NCBI RefSeq assembly: GCF_022045235.1
Contig: NW_027266271.1
Location: forward strand, 26,908,001 to 26,972,000
From: Haliotis cracherodii
Taxonomy: Eukaryota
Length of the DNA stretch: 64,000 nt
Direction: 5' to 3'
The notes under the pieces are model-generated. The model made no database searches and was not told the origin of the DNA. It was given only the letters and a program-made list of their open reading frames with translations. Both the position numbers and the translations under genes were made by a program. This document shows, piece by piece, positions 62,917 to 64,000 of the stretch (position 1 is its first letter; every line of letters begins with the position of its first letter).

Positions 62917-63686
62917 TTCCAATCGTAACCTCAAAGATGCTGCAAGCTCAGTTGCAAAATACTAATAGAGTAGGACAAATATTGATGCAATGCATATCTA
63001 ACACATTGACCAAACAATGCCATAGTATTCGCCTTTGTTATATGCTTGCGCACAGCCGGTAACTAATCATGAAACACACCAAGTGGCTCTTTTGCAACAG
63101 CTCAGTGAACTCACGCTATAATGATACGACACGAATTGTTCTCCTGTAAGTTGAAGTTTGTTTGGGATTCTGCTGCGTCACAGGAATGCTGAATGTTTGC
63201 ACGAGATTGTGCACTGCTATCTTCCGTCAGTCAATAACACAAGATTGTCACCCTTTTTGAAAAAAGAAAACCATAAATAGGTGGGAAGAGTAGGGCAGAA
63301 TCCACGGGCAGTCATTCACCATAGTCACATGTAGCGTATACCAGGGCTAAGTAGGCCAGTTGGGCGCAATCAGGACCGCTTCTCACTTTGGCTCATTCAC
63401 AACAGTAACTGTTTGCCCTGACCTTATTTTGTATCCACCACACAAGATCATTCCTCATTACAGAGGTGACACATGTTTTGGCTCATAAGTTGCCTTTTGC
63501 TAATTTCAAGGCCGAGATTTAAGCATTTATAAATTTCTGTAGTATAATGGTCCAAATGTCTCCCCTTGAAAACTGCTAACAAGCATGCCAACAACATGTA
63601 CGACTTCCTGAACGGTGGCTTTGGTTTTAGTCTGAAGCTCTGAGCAGGCATTATGAACAGCTAATGCCCTCCTCTCTCAGTACGTA

Positions 63687-63858
63687 GGGGGCGGTCGGGT
63701 AGCCTAGTGGTTAAAGCGTTCGCTCGTCACGCCGAAGACCCGGGTTCGATTACCGACATGGGTACAATGTGTGAAGCCCATTTCTGGTGTCCCCCGCCGT
63801 GATATTGCTGGAATATTGCTAAAAGCGGCGTAAAACCATACTCACTCACTCACTCACT
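63687..63858 (+). mobile_element. tRNA-derived SINE family A, full length
   Basis: Intact A box (TAGCCTAGTGG), B box (GGTTCGATT), (CACT)n tail and TSD CTCAGTACGTA. Confidence 0.95.
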
Positions 63859-64000
63859 CAGTACGTAGAACTGTCATGTCAGTGAATTCAGACTCAATCC
63901 CAGAAATTCAATATCTTGAGATGGAATACATTTGACTATCCGAGTGCATAATGAACCCAAGCTGTTGCAACTGTGAAGTTGCCACAGACACATTGCCAGA

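Noticed and set aside
63687-63760. tRNA genes (here and at other A/B-box sites)
   Set aside because: They continue into SINE bodies with microsatellite tails and TSDs.
1-64000. Most remaining 60-130 aa six-frame ORFs
   Set aside because: They are antisense shadows of exons or transposons, or random ORFs in AT-rich non-coding DNA with no recognisable motifs.

Overview
AT-rich eukaryotic genomic DNA with spliceosomal introns and one 138-N gap. The SINE/LINE landscape suggests a marine mollusc such as abalone (inference only). The window is a minus-strand tandem array of five intron-containing genes plus relics, encoding SETD8/PR-Set7/KMT5A-like SET domains (six complete SET domains and one decayed SET exon). 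Hand-splicing at GT-AG sites gives consistent intron phases (0,1,2,0). Every gene model starts with an 81-bp, 27-codon exon encoding a signal-peptide-like leader, so these look like secreted SET-domain proteins, which is not expected for this nuclear enzyme family. One gene splices two SET domains in tandem, and these differ at the Phe/Tyr product-specificity switch. Three genes sit in roughly 15-20 kb duplicated units with mosaic ancestry. The rest is mobile DNA: tRNA-derived SINEs, I/Nimb-like LINEs, RTE-X-like LINEs, a DIRS remnant, a Tc1 element, MITEs, minisatellites and foldbacks. All gene models are manual predictions with no expression evidence.
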